From assembly GCA_034439575.1 (NCBI GenBank), contig JAWXAQ010000015.1, positions 64,001 to 128,000 of the forward strand: a stretch of 64,000 nucleotides of DNA, given 5' to 3'. The translations under genes were made by a program, and so were the position numbers. This document shows, piece by piece, positions 40,904 through 50,969 of the stretch (positions are counted from its first letter, which is position 1; each line of letters opens with the position of its first letter). Source of the stretch: Leptospira sp. (GTDB taxonomy: Bacteria; Spirochaetota; Leptospiria; Leptospirales; Leptospiraceae). The notes under the pieces are model-generated. The model saw only the letters and a list, made by a program, of their open reading frames with translations, was not told the DNA's origin and did no database searches.

Positions 40904-43900
40904 ATGGGCTTAGAGATCATTTTACTCCCCTTTTTAGCAAGCGTTGCAGTGACAATCGGCCTTCGTCGATTGGACAAATCCAATGCCAAACTTTCGCAAT
41001 TGAAGCGTTATGCGTCAAAGTTAACGGAAGAAATACATAATTCAGCACTTCAAAAAATCCAATCCGTAAAAGATGCGGGAATTGATTTGGATATCTTAGT
41101 AAAACAATCAAGAAAAGTGGCTGAAGAAATACAGCACCTAAGTACTGATTCGCGAGATTTATTTGAAAAGATAAAAGCAAGTAAAGATTATTTATCCTCT
41201 TTATCTGGAGAATTGGAACAAGTAACTTACCTCGGAATGGAAGTTAGACGAGAGACTGCCGCCATGGAATCTGGAATCAGTCAAATCCAATCTCACAAAA
41301 GAGAACTTGAATTAGTTTCACAAGATATGGATTCACTTCACGAAGAAAGTTCAACACTGCTCGAATCGTTTCAATCAAAACTGAACTTAAGATCTGATGA
41401 AATATTGCAATCCGTTGCGCATAAGATGGTCGAATTAGAAAGTTTGCTCGAATCTAAATCTGATTCTTTGGATCAATCTATCGAACATATTGCACGCCAA
41501 GCAAAAGAAAAATTATTATCACATGCTGATGTGATGGTACAAGAATCGACAGGTCGACTCGACCAAGCGCGAAAAGAAATGGATACTCTTTTTGATTCCA
41601 TGCGGATGGCACAAAATGAACTTGATCTTAGATTTACAAAGTTTGACGATACATCATCTTTATTATCAGACAAAGTAGACAAATTTGATGACAAAATCGA
41701 AGACAAATACAACCGCACATCACAAAAGTTAGATGAAAAAGTATCAAATCTTGAAAAGAAAATTCAAGAACGTTTTGATGGCATCTTTGAACAAGTAAGT
41801 CATACAAAAGATTCCTTTATGAAGGGACTGCACCAAGAGACAGAGACCATCAAACGTGAAATCGAAGATATGTCATTGGAAACTTTGACAAAACGTGATG
41901 AAATCATAAACGAAACTAGACGTCAAGCAGATCAAATCAACCAAACAATTATTAGTTTTCAAGAAAAGTACCTCGAAGCTGAAAATAAATTATTACGCCA
42001 AGCAGATACTCGCAAACAAGAACTTATCAGAGAAATCGAAGCCTTTAGCGATGAGTTTCATAGAATCTCAGAAGAACTTCGCGAAGAAGCATCCACTCTC
42101 AAAAAGAGCGCCTTACAAGAATTAAAAGATTATGATAAAGATTTGGAAGAAGTACGCCAAAATCAAGAAGTGCAAATCAAATCTTCCCTTCTTTCACTCA
42201 AAAATGAATTAGAAGAAAAAATCAGAAATACCTTTAAAGAAACCGAATCCGAATTAAATCACCAATTACAGAATTTAGAATCACAGATCCAAAGTTTGGG
42301 TGAAAACGTAACGAATCATACAAAAGAAGTGGATGAATACGTTGAAGATTTAAAAGGAGCACTGCGTGAAACTGCTTCAGAAATTCTAGAATCGGCTGAA
42401 GAAAAAGCACGAAATTCCGAAGAAATCGTTACTGAAAAAATTTGCATTGCAAATACAAATTTAGAACAATTCGTTCACAAATGGGAAAGTGAACTTTCAA
42501 ATCTCAAAGATGACCAAGATGAATCTATAGAAACTTTACAAGATCGATTAAAAGAGATTCATATCGAAGGTAAAGATTTGTTAGGATCTTTCCAATTAGA
42601 ATATAAAAAAGCCTCTGAAGCACTTGATGAAAGAGCGAATCTAAAAGGTAAAGAGATCATTTCCAAAATTGAAGAAGAGTCAAAATTTGCACATAACGAA
42701 GTGGAGAGGATTTTACGAACACTAGAAGATTCAGGCAATGCATTCTTTACATCACAAGAAGAAAAGATGGATCGCTTAAATGAAACTATTGATTCAAAGA
42801 TTTCGCACCAGCTAACAAAACTCCTCGACAAAGGAAATGTGCAACTCGGTCAATTAGAAGAAAAAATCACACTTCACCTAATTACAGTTCGTAAAAATTT
42901 AGAAGAAAGCATCAAACGATCCAAAGAAGAATCAAAAAGGCAAATTGAGACCTATCAAAAAGACTATGAAAAATCCTTTAAGGAAATTGCAAAAGATAGC
43001 CGCGATTTTTTAAGAGAAACACAATCCCAATTTACAGAACTCAAATCAGATATTGAATCTGGTTTGTCCGATTTGAATGAAGTACGCACAGAAACACTAT
43101 CAGAATTTAGATCTGAAATGGAATCAATGTCATCAGTTATCTCAGAACTGAAAAATGACTTAGAAGAGGTGCAAGAACATACGGAACTCTTTGTGAATGC
43201 CAAAGAAATTGCCGAAAAATCAGAAAAGGCAGTTTTGGAAATCAAACAAGCACTAGACGATATCCAAAATGAAAAACCAACTCTTGAATCTTATAAAGAA
43301 ACAATAGAAACTTTTTTGAGTCTGCAACAAGATATAAATTTAGAATTGGAAAAACTTTCTGCCACCCAAGATAGATCCAGTGACCTTGACCAACAAATTC
43401 AAATCCTTGCATCTAATCTCAATTATGTGACAGAAAAAATCAATTTTTTCCAAGAAACCTTACCTGAGATAGACGGATTAGAAAAAAGAATTTCTGGAAT
43501 TGTCGGCGAACAAACAAAAATCGAAACTTTTTTATCTTCTCTGAGCGAATCCGAAGATTCGGTCATCCAATTGGCAGACAATCTAGAATTGCAAAAACAC
43601 AACACCAGAGAAGTGCAGGCAAGACTAGATATTTTGGATAGAGAAATCGGTGTCGTCGAAGCTCGGGAGAAAGAACTTGCCGAATCTATCCGGGTCGCTG
43701 AGAACAAAACATCCTTTCTCGTCGAACGTTCTACCCAGATGGAATCTGTGGAACGAAAGTTTGATAAGATTGAAGAATTGATGGGCGATTTGTCTGACCG
43801 ACACAAACAAATACTAACACTACAAAAACGTTTAGAAGAGTTACGCGAGACTTCGGTCGAAACCAAAGACGATTTAGAATCACTATTGGGAGAAGCGGAT

Positions 43901-44146
43901 GAGACGTTTGAAAAACTTTCTCAGTTTTTGGATATTGTTCAAGGTTCCATGCAGTCTCCGCAAGTTAGTACAAAAGAGAAATCGGAAACTCAGCGAAAAT
44001 CAGTACAAAATCCACTAATTGAGCGAAAAAGAGCTACGATTTTGAGCCTTTACGATAATTACCAATGGTCGGCTGAGGCAATTAGCGAAAAATTAAATAT
44101 TGAAAAATCCCTAGTGGATACGATCCTCGGAGCAAGAAAGAAATAA
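40904..44146 (+). CDS. Spirochete long coiled-coil protein (SpiroCoCo-like) with C-terminal HTH-like segment
   Basis: N-terminal TM then RRLDKSNAKLSQLKRY, ~1000 aa E/K/L-rich heptads, WSAEAISEKLNI tail. Confidence 0.8.
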   Translation: MGLEIILLPFLASVAVTIGLRRLDKSNAKLSQLKRYASKLTEEIHNSALQKIQSVKDAGIDLDILVKQSRKVAEEIQHLSTDSRDLFEKIKASKDYLSSLSGELEQVTYLGMEVRRETAAMESGISQIQSHKRELELVSQDMDSLHEESSTLLESFQSKLNLRSDEILQSVAHKMVELESLLESKSDSLDQSIEHIARQAKEKLLSHADVMVQESTGRLDQARKEMDTLFDSMRMAQNELDLRFTKFDDTSSLLSDKVDKFDDKIEDKYNRTSQKLDEKVSNLEKKIQERFDGIFEQVSHTKDSFMKGLHQETETIKREIEDMSLETLTKRDEIINETRRQADQINQTIISFQEKYLEAENKLLRQADTRKQELIREIEAFSDEFHRISEELREEASTLKKSALQELKDYDKDLEEVRQNQEVQIKSSLLSLKNELEEKIRNTFKETESELNHQLQNLESQIQSLGENVTNHTKEVDEYVEDLKGALRETASEILESAEEKARNSEEIVTEKICIANTNLEQFVHKWESELSNLKDDQDESIETLQDRLKEIHIEGKDLLGSFQLEYKKASEALDERANLKGKEIISKIEEESKFAHNEVERILRTLEDSGNAFFTSQEEKMDRLNETIDSKISHQLTKLLDKGNVQLGQLEEKITLHLITVRKNLEESIKRSKEESKRQIETYQKDYEKSFKEIAKDSRDFLRETQSQFTELKSDIESGLSDLNEVRTETLSEFRSEMESMSSVISELKNDLEEVQEHTELFVNAKEIAEKSEKAVLEIKQALDDIQNEKPTLESYKETIETFLSLQQDINLELEKLSATQDRSSDLDQQIQILASNLNYVTEKINFFQETLPEIDGLEKRISGIVGEQTKIETFLSSLSESEDSVIQLADNLELQKHNTREVQARLDILDREIGVVEAREKELAESIRVAENKTSFLVERSTQMESVERKFDKIEELMGDLSDRHKQILTLQKRLEELRETSVETKDDLESLLGEADETFEKLSQFLDIVQGSMQSPQVSTKEKSETQRKSVQNPLIERKRATILSLYDNYQWSAEAISEKLNIEKSLVDTILGARKK

Positions 44147-44163
44147 AATCCTCCGAGGAAACC

Positions 44164-44367
44164 ATGTCAGAAGACCAAAACGAATCGACGTCGAAAGAAA
44201 CACTTATTGTTGCATCAAAAGTAAAAGCATACATCAAATCCAAAGGATTTATGACAGCTGGTGATGCGATTGAAGGCCTAAACGAAGAAGTTTACCGCCT
44301 TATCGACAAAGCTTTAGAAAGAACTGCTTCCAATAAAAGAACGACTGCAAGATCTACTGATTTTTAG
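44164..44367 (+). CDS. Bacterial histone-fold protein
   Basis: LIVASKVKAYIK...DAIEGLNEEVYRLIDKALERTASNKRTTARSTDF; RTTxxxxD tail typical of histone folds; GAGG RBS. Confidence 0.9.
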   Translation: MSEDQNESTSKETLIVASKVKAYIKSKGFMTAGDAIEGLNEEVYRLIDKALERTASNKRTTARSTDF

Positions 44368-44373
44368 TCATTC

Positions 44374-45129
44374 GTGATTTACATTAAGAACAAATCAGAA
44401 ATTGATAAAATGAGAAAGGCGGGCGCATTCGCCGCGAAACTTCTCAACCATCTTGGTCCTTTCGTGAAAGTTGGTGCCAATACCCTGGAACTCAACGATC
44501 TGGCGGAAGATTTTACAAAAAAACACGGCCACCGTTCAGCTCCTTTGGGTTATAAAGGTTTTCCAAAATCGATTTGTTCTTCTATCAATAATGTAGTCTG
44601 CCACGGGATTCCCAAAAAAGAGGATATCTTAAAGGACGGTGATATTATCAATTTAGATGTATCACCCATCGTGGATGGCTACATTGGCGATACTTCCCGC
44701 ACTTTTTTTGTGGGTACCCCAAGCCCTGAAATCAAACAGCTCGTCGAAGATACAGAAAAATCTATGTGGATTGGCATTGAACAAGTCAAACCTGGAAACA
44801 GAGTGGATGAAATCGGCAATGCGATCGATGACTTTCTCACACCGAAAGGTTACGGTATAGTGCGGGATCTTATGGGTCACGGTGTGGGTAGAAATTTTCA
44901 TGAAGAACCACAGATACCTCATTTCCGTATGAGTCGCAAACTAGCAAAAATGGAAGCCGGAATGATTTTTACCATCGAACCAATGGTCAATTTAGGAACT
45001 TGGGAAGTCAATTTTGACAGACAAGACAAATGGACGGTTCGTACTAAAGACGGAAAATGGTCTGCCCAATTCGAACACACATTACTGGTTACAGACAAAG
45101 GCTACGAAGTCCTAACCCAAGAAAGCTAA
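44374..45129 (+). CDS. map: Methionine aminopeptidase type I
   Basis: GFPKSICSS.N.VVCHGIP, DTSRT, GHGVG..FHEEP, FTIEPM, AQFEHT. Confidence 0.97.
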   Translation: MIYIKNKSEIDKMRKAGAFAAKLLNHLGPFVKVGANTLELNDLAEDFTKKHGHRSAPLGYKGFPKSICSSINNVVCHGIPKKEDILKDGDIINLDVSPIVDGYIGDTSRTFFVGTPSPEIKQLVEDTEKSMWIGIEQVKPGNRVDEIGNAIDDFLTPKGYGIVRDLMGHGVGRNFHEEPQIPHFRMSRKLAKMEAGMIFTIEPMVNLGTWEVNFDRQDKWTVRTKDGKWSAQFEHTLLVTDKGYEVLTQES

Positions 45130-45198
45130 ATTTCGAAGATTTTTTTCTTGTTAAACCGAAAAAAATTGAGTCTATTAGAAAAACTTGTAGGAGTATTT

Positions 45199-45345
45199 AT
45201 GAAACTATCATTCACAACATTCGCAATTCTTAGTCTTTTTGGTGCAAGTCTGTTTGCCACAATATGTCCTGGAAAAGAAAAACGTTCCGAGTTTTGCCCA
45301 GGTAAAGAAAAAAGAACTTTAGATTGCCCGAGCGACGGAAAATAA
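45199..45345 (+). CDS. 48-aa secreted peptide with CPGKEKR repeats
   Basis: AGGAG RBS; signal-peptide-like MKLSFTTFAILSLFGASLFA; repeats use different synonymous codons. Confidence 0.75.
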   Translation: MKLSFTTFAILSLFGASLFATICPGKEKRSEFCPGKEKRTLDCPSDGK

Positions 45346-45370
45346 TTCTTTCCGTTTCCATTCTTAGGTA

Positions 45371-45781
45371 ATGCGGCTAGGCTCCATGTCAAAAGCGATT
45401 CTATTTGTAGACGATGAACAGATCATTTTGATGAGCCTAAAGTCTCAGCTCAAAAAACATTTTGGCAATGAGTATCGATATGAAACGGCTCAAAATACTG
45501 AAGAAGCATGGTCCATCATAGAAGAGTTAGCCGAAGAAGACATTCATATTCTAATCATTATTTCTGATTGGCTTATGCCCAATCAAAGGGGTGATGAATT
45601 TTTACGAGAAGTTCATAAGAGTTATCCTGGGATTAAAAAAATTATTATTTCAGGTCATATTGATGAAAATTCTCTCAACAAATTAAAAGGTGAAGTTAAC
45701 TTACATAGTTTCCTGAATAAACCTTGGTCTGAGTCTGATTTGATAAAAAAAGTGGAAGACGCTATTACGAAGATTGCCTAG
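45371..45781 (+). CDS. Single-domain response regulator
   Basis: ILFVDDE, IISDWLMP, IISG, KPW. Confidence 0.93.
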   Translation: MRLGSMSKAILFVDDEQIILMSLKSQLKKHFGNEYRYETAQNTEEAWSIIEELAEEDIHILIIISDWLMPNQRGDEFLREVHKSYPGIKKIIISGHIDENSLNKLKGEVNLHSFLNKPWSESDLIKKVEDAITKIA

Positions 45782-45805
45782 ATTCCAATTTGGAATACTT
45801 AGGTA

Positions 45806-46606
45806 ATGGAAAAAATAATAGAAAATATCATAGAAGATTTATCACTCGTTCGAAAAAACTCTCCTCTAGTTCATAATATTACAAACTACGTCGTCATGAA
45901 CAATACAGCCAATGCGTTGTTAGCTGTTGGAGCATCTCCGATAATGGCTCATGCGATTGAAGAAGTCGAAGACATGATCAGCATTTCAGGAGTGCTTGTC
46001 ATCAATATCGGTACTCTTTCTGAACCTTGGATCCAAGCTATGGAAAAGGCTATGAAAAAAGCAAAGGCTCTTGGAAAACCAATCGTATTTGACCCAGTCG
46101 GTGCTGGTGCCAGTGGTTTCCGCAATCAAACCATTAAACGACTGCTAGATGCCGCTTCGCCAAGTATCATACGGGGTAATGCCTCTGAAATTATCGCTAC
46201 CCTATCTTCATCAGGAAAAACGAAAGGAGTGGACTCAGTTGATTCCAGTGAATCGGCTGTGGACACTGGAAAAAAATTAAGTGAGATCACGGGTGGAACC
46301 GTCGTTATCTCAGGTGCCACAGATTATATAGTCACAGGCGGATCCTTACTCAAAGTATCCAATGGTGATGCCATGATGACAAAAGTGACTGGTCTCGGAT
46401 GCACGGCTACAGCACTTAACGGAGCTTTTGTGGCTGTTCAAAAAGACACAGCAAGAGCCGCTTTATCTGCGATGGCAGTAATGGGAATCGCAGGAGAAAT
46501 CGCAAAAACAAAATCGGAAGGGCCTGGAAGTTTTCAATTAAACTTTCTTGATGCATTATTTACAATCAATGCGGATGACATTAGAAAGAAATTCAAAGAA
46601 TCCTAA
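45806..46606 (+). CDS. thiM: Hydroxyethylthiazole kinase
   Basis: PLVHNITNYVVMN.TANALLA.GASPIM, INIGTL, DPVGAG, IRGNASEI, VTGLGC. Confidence 0.96.
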   Translation: MEKIIENIIEDLSLVRKNSPLVHNITNYVVMNNTANALLAVGASPIMAHAIEEVEDMISISGVLVINIGTLSEPWIQAMEKAMKKAKALGKPIVFDPVGAGASGFRNQTIKRLLDAASPSIIRGNASEIIATLSSSGKTKGVDSVDSSESAVDTGKKLSEITGGTVVISGATDYIVTGGSLLKVSNGDAMMTKVTGLGCTATALNGAFVAVQKDTARAALSAMAVMGIAGEIAKTKSEGPGSFQLNFLDALFTINADDIRKKFKES

Positions 46607-47222
46607 AAAACGAATACGCGGTTTGTATTTAGTTACAGACCGCGATCTTTGCCTTTACCATGATTTAGAAACTGTAATACGTTTGGCGGTCCGTGGTGGA
46701 GTACAAATTGTCCAATTACGTGAAAAACATTTAAATTCACGTGATTTTTTGGACTTAGCCTTCAAAATTAAAAAAATTCTCTCAGATACAGATGTTCCCC
46801 TACTTATCAATGATCGTATAGATATAGCCTTGGCCTGTGATGCCGAGGGAGTCCATCTGGGACAAACGGATCTTCCTGTAAAAATTGCACGTGAAATACT
46901 GGGACCTTCGGCCATCATTGGACTTTCCGTAGAATCTATGTTAGATATTAAGGATGAAGAATTATCTTTGGTAGATTATCTCGGAGTATCACCTATTTAT
47001 AATACACTTACAAAAACTGATACCAAAACTCCTTGGGGTATCGAAGGATTAAAAAAAGTGAGAAGTAGTACAGACAAACCTCTCGTGGCCATAGGTGGCA
47101 TCAATGAAAGTAATGCCTTGGAAATGATAAAGGCGGGAGCAGACTCTCTCGCTGTTGTGTCTTATCTTTGTTCGGCGAAAGACCCAGAACTCAATGCTAA
47201 AAATATATCATGTTTGTTTTGA
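46575..47222 (+). CDS. thiE: Thiamine phosphate synthase
   Basis: LYLVTD, VQLREK, INDRIDIA, GVHLGQTD, TLTKTD, VAIGGI; start position approximate. Confidence 0.95.
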   Translation: MTLERNSKNPKKRIRGLYLVTDRDLCLYHDLETVIRLAVRGGVQIVQLREKHLNSRDFLDLAFKIKKILSDTDVPLLINDRIDIALACDAEGVHLGQTDLPVKIAREILGPSAIIGLSVESMLDIKDEELSLVDYLGVSPIYNTLTKTDTKTPWGIEGLKKVRSSTDKPLVAIGGINESNALEMIKAGADSLAVVSYLCSAKDPELNAKNISCLF

Positions 47223-47232
47223 AATAAAAAAT

Positions 47233-48228
47233 TCAATTTATATCTTTTTGTTTTTTTAGTAAATTTTTTGACTTTTGATTTTCATTATTTAGCTTTGCCA
47301 GATTGCGATTCCATTTTTTGACACCAATTCTTTGAATGCTTGTATTTTGAAATATATTATCAAATTCTTCTGAATTTAAAAGCTTCGATAAATTTAAATT
47401 TTCTTCAGCAAATATACCTCTAGGTTGAAATTCTGAAACTCGTGATTCAATTTGATTTCGTTTTGCTTTGATTTGATTCCATGGACAAACTTCCTGACAA
47501 ATATCACATCCATAGAGCCAGCCATTTAGAGAAATATCTTCAGGAATATCATCATTCTCATTTTCTATATTATGTTGTGATATGCATAGACTAGCATTGA
47601 TTTGGTATTCAGCAAATAAAGCACCAGTGGGACACGCATCTAAACAAGCGCGACAACTTCCACAATGATCAGTAGAAATATTTAAAGGTATTTCCCATTC
47701 GTAATCTGTCAGGATTGTGGAAATAAAAAAATAAGATCCTATTTCAGGATGGATTAAATTTGTATTTTTTCCCATCCAACCGATACCTGCTTGTTTGGCG
47801 AAGATTTTTTCTGGTATAGGTAAACTATCAACTGATTGTCGAAAATGAAATTCTGGATAATTTTGTTTTAAATATTTCAATAATGGTTTTGCCCTCTCGC
47901 GTAAAACTGAATGATAATCTTCTCCTAACGCATAACGAGACACTTTGGGATTCATACTTGCGAGTAAATCTTCCGACTTTTCGGATCTATACAACAAACC
48001 CAAACATATAACAGACTTGGGAATAAAACCCAAATGTTTTAAATGCAATCGGATTTCCATGCTGTTTTCCTTTGCATACCAACCCATTTGACCATGATGC
48101 CCCGATTGAACCCAATTTGAAATATACAGCCGTTCCGCGTCTGAAATTTCAGCTTTTGTGAAACCTACTATATCAAAGCCTGAACTCAAACAAAACGCTT
48201 TTATCTTTTCAAGATCGAGAGAATGCAA
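47233..48228 (-). CDS. queG: tRNA epoxyqueuosine reductase
   Basis: SRYALGEDYH, GWMGKN, CGSCRACLDACPTGA, GCDICQEVCPWN. Confidence 0.95.
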   Translation of the reverse strand: MHSLDLEKIKAFCLSSGFDIVGFTKAEISDAERLYISNWVQSGHHGQMGWYAKENSMEIRLHLKHLGFIPKSVICLGLLYRSEKSEDLLASMNPKVSRYALGEDYHSVLRERAKPLLKYLKQNYPEFHFRQSVDSLPIPEKIFAKQAGIGWMGKNTNLIHPEIGSYFFISTILTDYEWEIPLNISTDHCGSCRACLDACPTGALFAEYQINASLCISQHNIENENDDIPEDISLNGWLYGCDICQEVCPWNQIKAKRNQIESRVSEFQPRGIFAEENLNLSKLLNSEEFDNIFQNTSIQRIGVKKWNRNLAKLNNENQKSKNLLKKQKDIN

Positions 48229-48241
48229 ATTTATTACCTAA

Positions 48242-48622
48242 ATGAATGATATGGAAGCATATCCAACTTTCAATGATAAATTTTCTCATTTACTGCATTG
48301 TAATGATGGGGAAATTATATTATCTATATTTAATCAAATATTGAATGAAGTCCCTATTAAGAAAGATATTGATGAACTTTTAAAGAATGGAATTTTATTA
48401 GCAATTTTGAAATCAATCCTCACACTTATGCAGCGTGAGATCAATCCTACGTCGAAAGAAATTCTTGGCGAATATCAATATCTTATAAATGAAATTGAAG
48501 AAGTCTATTTTAAGTTAAATCCCACAAATGAATCGAATTGGTTAGAAGAGTGTATCGCTTATGGGGATAAAAAAGCGTACCACTGGGAATGGAAACATTT
48601 TGGTTCTAAGGAATTATTTTGA
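48242..48622 (+). CDS. Hypothetical protein
   Basis: 126-aa ORF, aromatic-rich C-terminus YHWEWKHFG. Confidence 0.65.
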   Translation: MNDMEAYPTFNDKFSHLLHCNDGEIILSIFNQILNEVPIKKDIDELLKNGILLAILKSILTLMQREINPTSKEILGEYQYLINEIEEVYFKLNPTNESNWLEECIAYGDKKAYHWEWKHFGSKELF

Positions 48623-48640
48623 AAGTGAAATAGTGATCAG

Positions 48641-49705
48641 CTATTTTTTTTTAATTTCAAATCGATAAACTCGCTGCATAGCAATCTCATCTAAACCAAG
48701 GATGGAAATACCAACTATAATGTGTTTGTTGATCTTTGAAATTTCCATTAGTCCGAAATTTTCTTTTGTATAAATGATGCTTTTTCTGCGACTATCTTCC
48801 ACTTCAATGGCTCTTTGTGGAATTGGCTTATTCATGGAACTTGAGGTGATATCAATAATTTGAAAGTCAGAATTTATTTTTTCTTCAAATATTTCAGCTA
48901 TGTGCCTATCTCCAGAAAGAATCAGATTTTTCCCTTTGGCATATTTTTCGAGAAGGGATATTAGTTTGCGCCGATCTTTTGGGAAATTACTCCATTTTTC
49001 GAAACGATGAGTATCGTTTAATACTTGTATGCTGGATGCGATTATGTACAAATCCGACTTTTCGTGCAGCTCTTTTTCTAACCAGACCCATTGTTCTTGA
49101 CCAAGTAAACTCGAGTTTATATCCTCATTGGGAATATACTCTCTTAGACCATCAGCTTCTGAAGTTTTTTCTTTGAGTTCGGTTCGAAATGAGCGAGTAT
49201 CCAATAAAATAAGCTTTATTTTTAGTCCTTGGAATAAAATTTTTTCTGAGGAAAAGATACCCTCCCTTTTTCGCATAACCGAATCAAGGGGAACATCTAA
49301 AAATTCCAAGAACAAATCTTTTGATTCATTTTTTAAGGGATAATCTTCACCGACATCATTGTAACCATAATCATGATCATCCCATACTCCTAAAATTTTT
49401 GTCCCTTGTTTCAATAAATTGTAATCTACATTTGACTTTTGTAAGTCATACGCTATTTTTTTTTCATCCATTTCAAAGGTATCTTGATAAATATTATCAC
49501 CTAACCATAACCAAATATTTGGTTCAGTCTTTAGAACGGACTTCCAAATTTTTTTTTCTAATTTTTGATCAAGGCAAGAGCCAAATGCGATTCGATATTT
49601 ATGCATTTGATCGGATTCTTTACTTTGTATAGAATTCTGAAAAAATAGTAATGCAAAAAATAGTATGCTTAATGTTAAAAATCGTAAGGAAACATTTTCT
49701 TTCAT
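48641..49705 (-). CDS. phoD: Alkaline phosphatase D family protein
   Basis: IAFGSC, WLGDNIY, WDDHDYG, LLDTRSFR, LSGDRH. Confidence 0.92.
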   Translation of the reverse strand: MKENVSLRFLTLSILFFALLFFQNSIQSKESDQMHKYRIAFGSCLDQKLEKKIWKSVLKTEPNIWLWLGDNIYQDTFEMDEKKIAYDLQKSNVDYNLLKQGTKILGVWDDHDYGYNDVGEDYPLKNESKDLFLEFLDVPLDSVMRKREGIFSSEKILFQGLKIKLILLDTRSFRTELKEKTSEADGLREYIPNEDINSSLLGQEQWVWLEKELHEKSDLYIIASSIQVLNDTHRFEKWSNFPKDRRKLISLLEKYAKGKNLILSGDRHIAEIFEEKINSDFQIIDITSSSMNKPIPQRAIEVEDSRRKSIIYTKENFGLMEISKINKHIIVGISILGLDEIAMQRVYRFEIKKK

Positions 49706-49860
49706 AAATCAAATTTGTAATAGTTAAAAAAGTAAGTCCAGCGAGTTCTAACGTACAATTATAGAAAAAAAAAATCTTAACAAGAAAATGTTACATTTCT
49801 AATCGATCACTATATATTAGTAGAACCGGCCAAATTAAAAGCAATATAAATAAATTGATC

Positions 49861-50017
49861 TCTAAACGAACTAGGCTACACGACGTTGTTCGTAACTGAA
49901 CCTCGTGTTAGTATCAGCGCGTCTTCTTTAAGAGCAAGAAGTCTGACGGAGGACTATGCGCCTTTAGACCGAGCGAGGGCGAAAATTCCGAGCGGAGCGT
50001 GTTTGCCGCAGTTATAC
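49861..50017 (-). mobile_element. attC-like integron recombination site 1 (157 bp)
   Basis: On - strand begins GTATAAC (R'') 16 nt after the vapC stop and ends ...CTAGTTC-GTTTAGA (R'); 25 nt (49865-49889) identical to site 2; GC-rich against AT-rich flanks. Confidence 0.8.
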
Positions 50018-50033
50018 GAAGTTTGTGCTTTAA

Positions 50034-50459
50034 TTAAGCTTTTATCATTCTTTCATTGATGATTTTCAAAGACTTTCCTTTCTTTGATTTATAAGAACAA
50101 AAGTCACTATCTAAAGCGAATATATTATGAATATCGGAAACTTCAGAAATTGTCATAAGTGAAGCGTCAGCAAAATCCATTGGTCGATCAAAATATTTGT
50201 CCATGAAAAACAATATGGAGCTAAATTGTCCATTATCCTGGTTTAATATTGAAATAGCATTGTTATCAATCCATTCGATAAATGCCCTTTGTATTCTCTT
50301 ATTGTCTGACAATAAATAAGAAACTTCGGTAACAACTGCAAGTGATGTAAATAATTTACCTTTAAAATTCTTTAGAAAGGATCTACACTCAAGACAATAA
50401 TTATCAGATTCATCGAAAAAAGCAACGATGGGACCGGTATCAATAATTGCTTTTATCAT
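50034..50459 (-). CDS. vapC: VapC/PIN toxin (cassette B)
   Basis: IIDTGP, VVTEVSY, MDFADASL, LDSDF acidic PIN residues. Confidence 0.9.
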   Translation of the reverse strand: MIKAIIDTGPIVAFFDESDNYCLECRSFLKNFKGKLFTSLAVVTEVSYLLSDNKRIQRAFIEWIDNNAISILNQDNGQFSSILFFMDKYFDRPMDFADASLMTISEVSDIHNIFALDSDFCSYKSKKGKSLKIINERMIKA

Positions 50460-50700
50460 TTAAGTTTTTTTTCAATGCTTCTTTTATATATTTCTGATGG
50501 TTAATTGATTTATCGGAAATTCCGCTTTTATAAAGTCCGAAATATTTTTCACCTAATTCATATGCTGAAGGTTGCTTTGCGAAATTATCTATATAGTAAA
50601 CTAAAGATTCTTTAATTACTTCCGATTTGCTTTTATTTTCTATTTTAGCAACTTCTGATAGTTTTTTTTCAAGTTCTTCTGGTAATCTTAAGCTGATCAT
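50440..50700 (-). CDS. vapB: Ribbon-helix-helix (CopG-like) antitoxin (cassette B)
   Basis: Start MISLRLPEELEKKL at 50700; SKSEVIKESL; overlaps the toxin start. Confidence 0.88.
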   Translation of the reverse strand: MISLRLPEELEKKLSEVAKIENKSKSEVIKESLVYYIDNFAKQPSAYELGEKYFGLYKSGISDKSINHQKYIKEALKKNLNDKSNY

Positions 50701-50702
50701 AA

Positions 50703-50748
50703 TAACCTTGTGATACAAGTGTATCACAAGGTTAGATTTTCTTGTCAA
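50703..50748 (-). promoter_or_regulatory. TA promoter with 14-bp perfect palindromic operator
   Basis: TAACCTTGTGATAC-aagt-GTATCACAAGGTTA (50703-50734); TTGACA at 50748-50743; TGnTACACT extended -10. Confidence 0.75.
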
Positions 50749-50800
50749 GAGTTTGTTTTCTTCTTTATTCGAATCAAAAAATCCATTTAGCACAAATATC

Positions 50801-50957
50801 GCATAACGAACTAGGCTACACGACGTTGTCCGTAGCTGAGCCTCGCAGAGGCTTTAGCGTCGGCGCGACTTCTTGCAGCGCAAGAAGCGTGACGGAGGAC
50901 AATGTGCCTTTAGGCCAAGTATAAGTACCAAGCGGAGCGAGTCAGCCGTTGTTATAC
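50801..50957 (-). mobile_element. attC-like integron recombination site 2 (157 bp)
   Basis: On - strand R'' GTATAAC 12 nt after the vapC stop, L'' GGCT[G]AC pairing with L' GTAGCC, ends GTTATGC (R'). Confidence 0.85.
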
Positions 50958-50969
50958 GCTGGGTCGCGT

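Noticed and set aside
45781-45806. TPP riboswitch before thiM
   Set aside because: Intergenic gap is only 24 nt and no TPP-like motif is visible.
50742-50924. 60-aa + strand ORF
   Set aside because: Lies over attC-like site 2; open only because the element is GC-rich.
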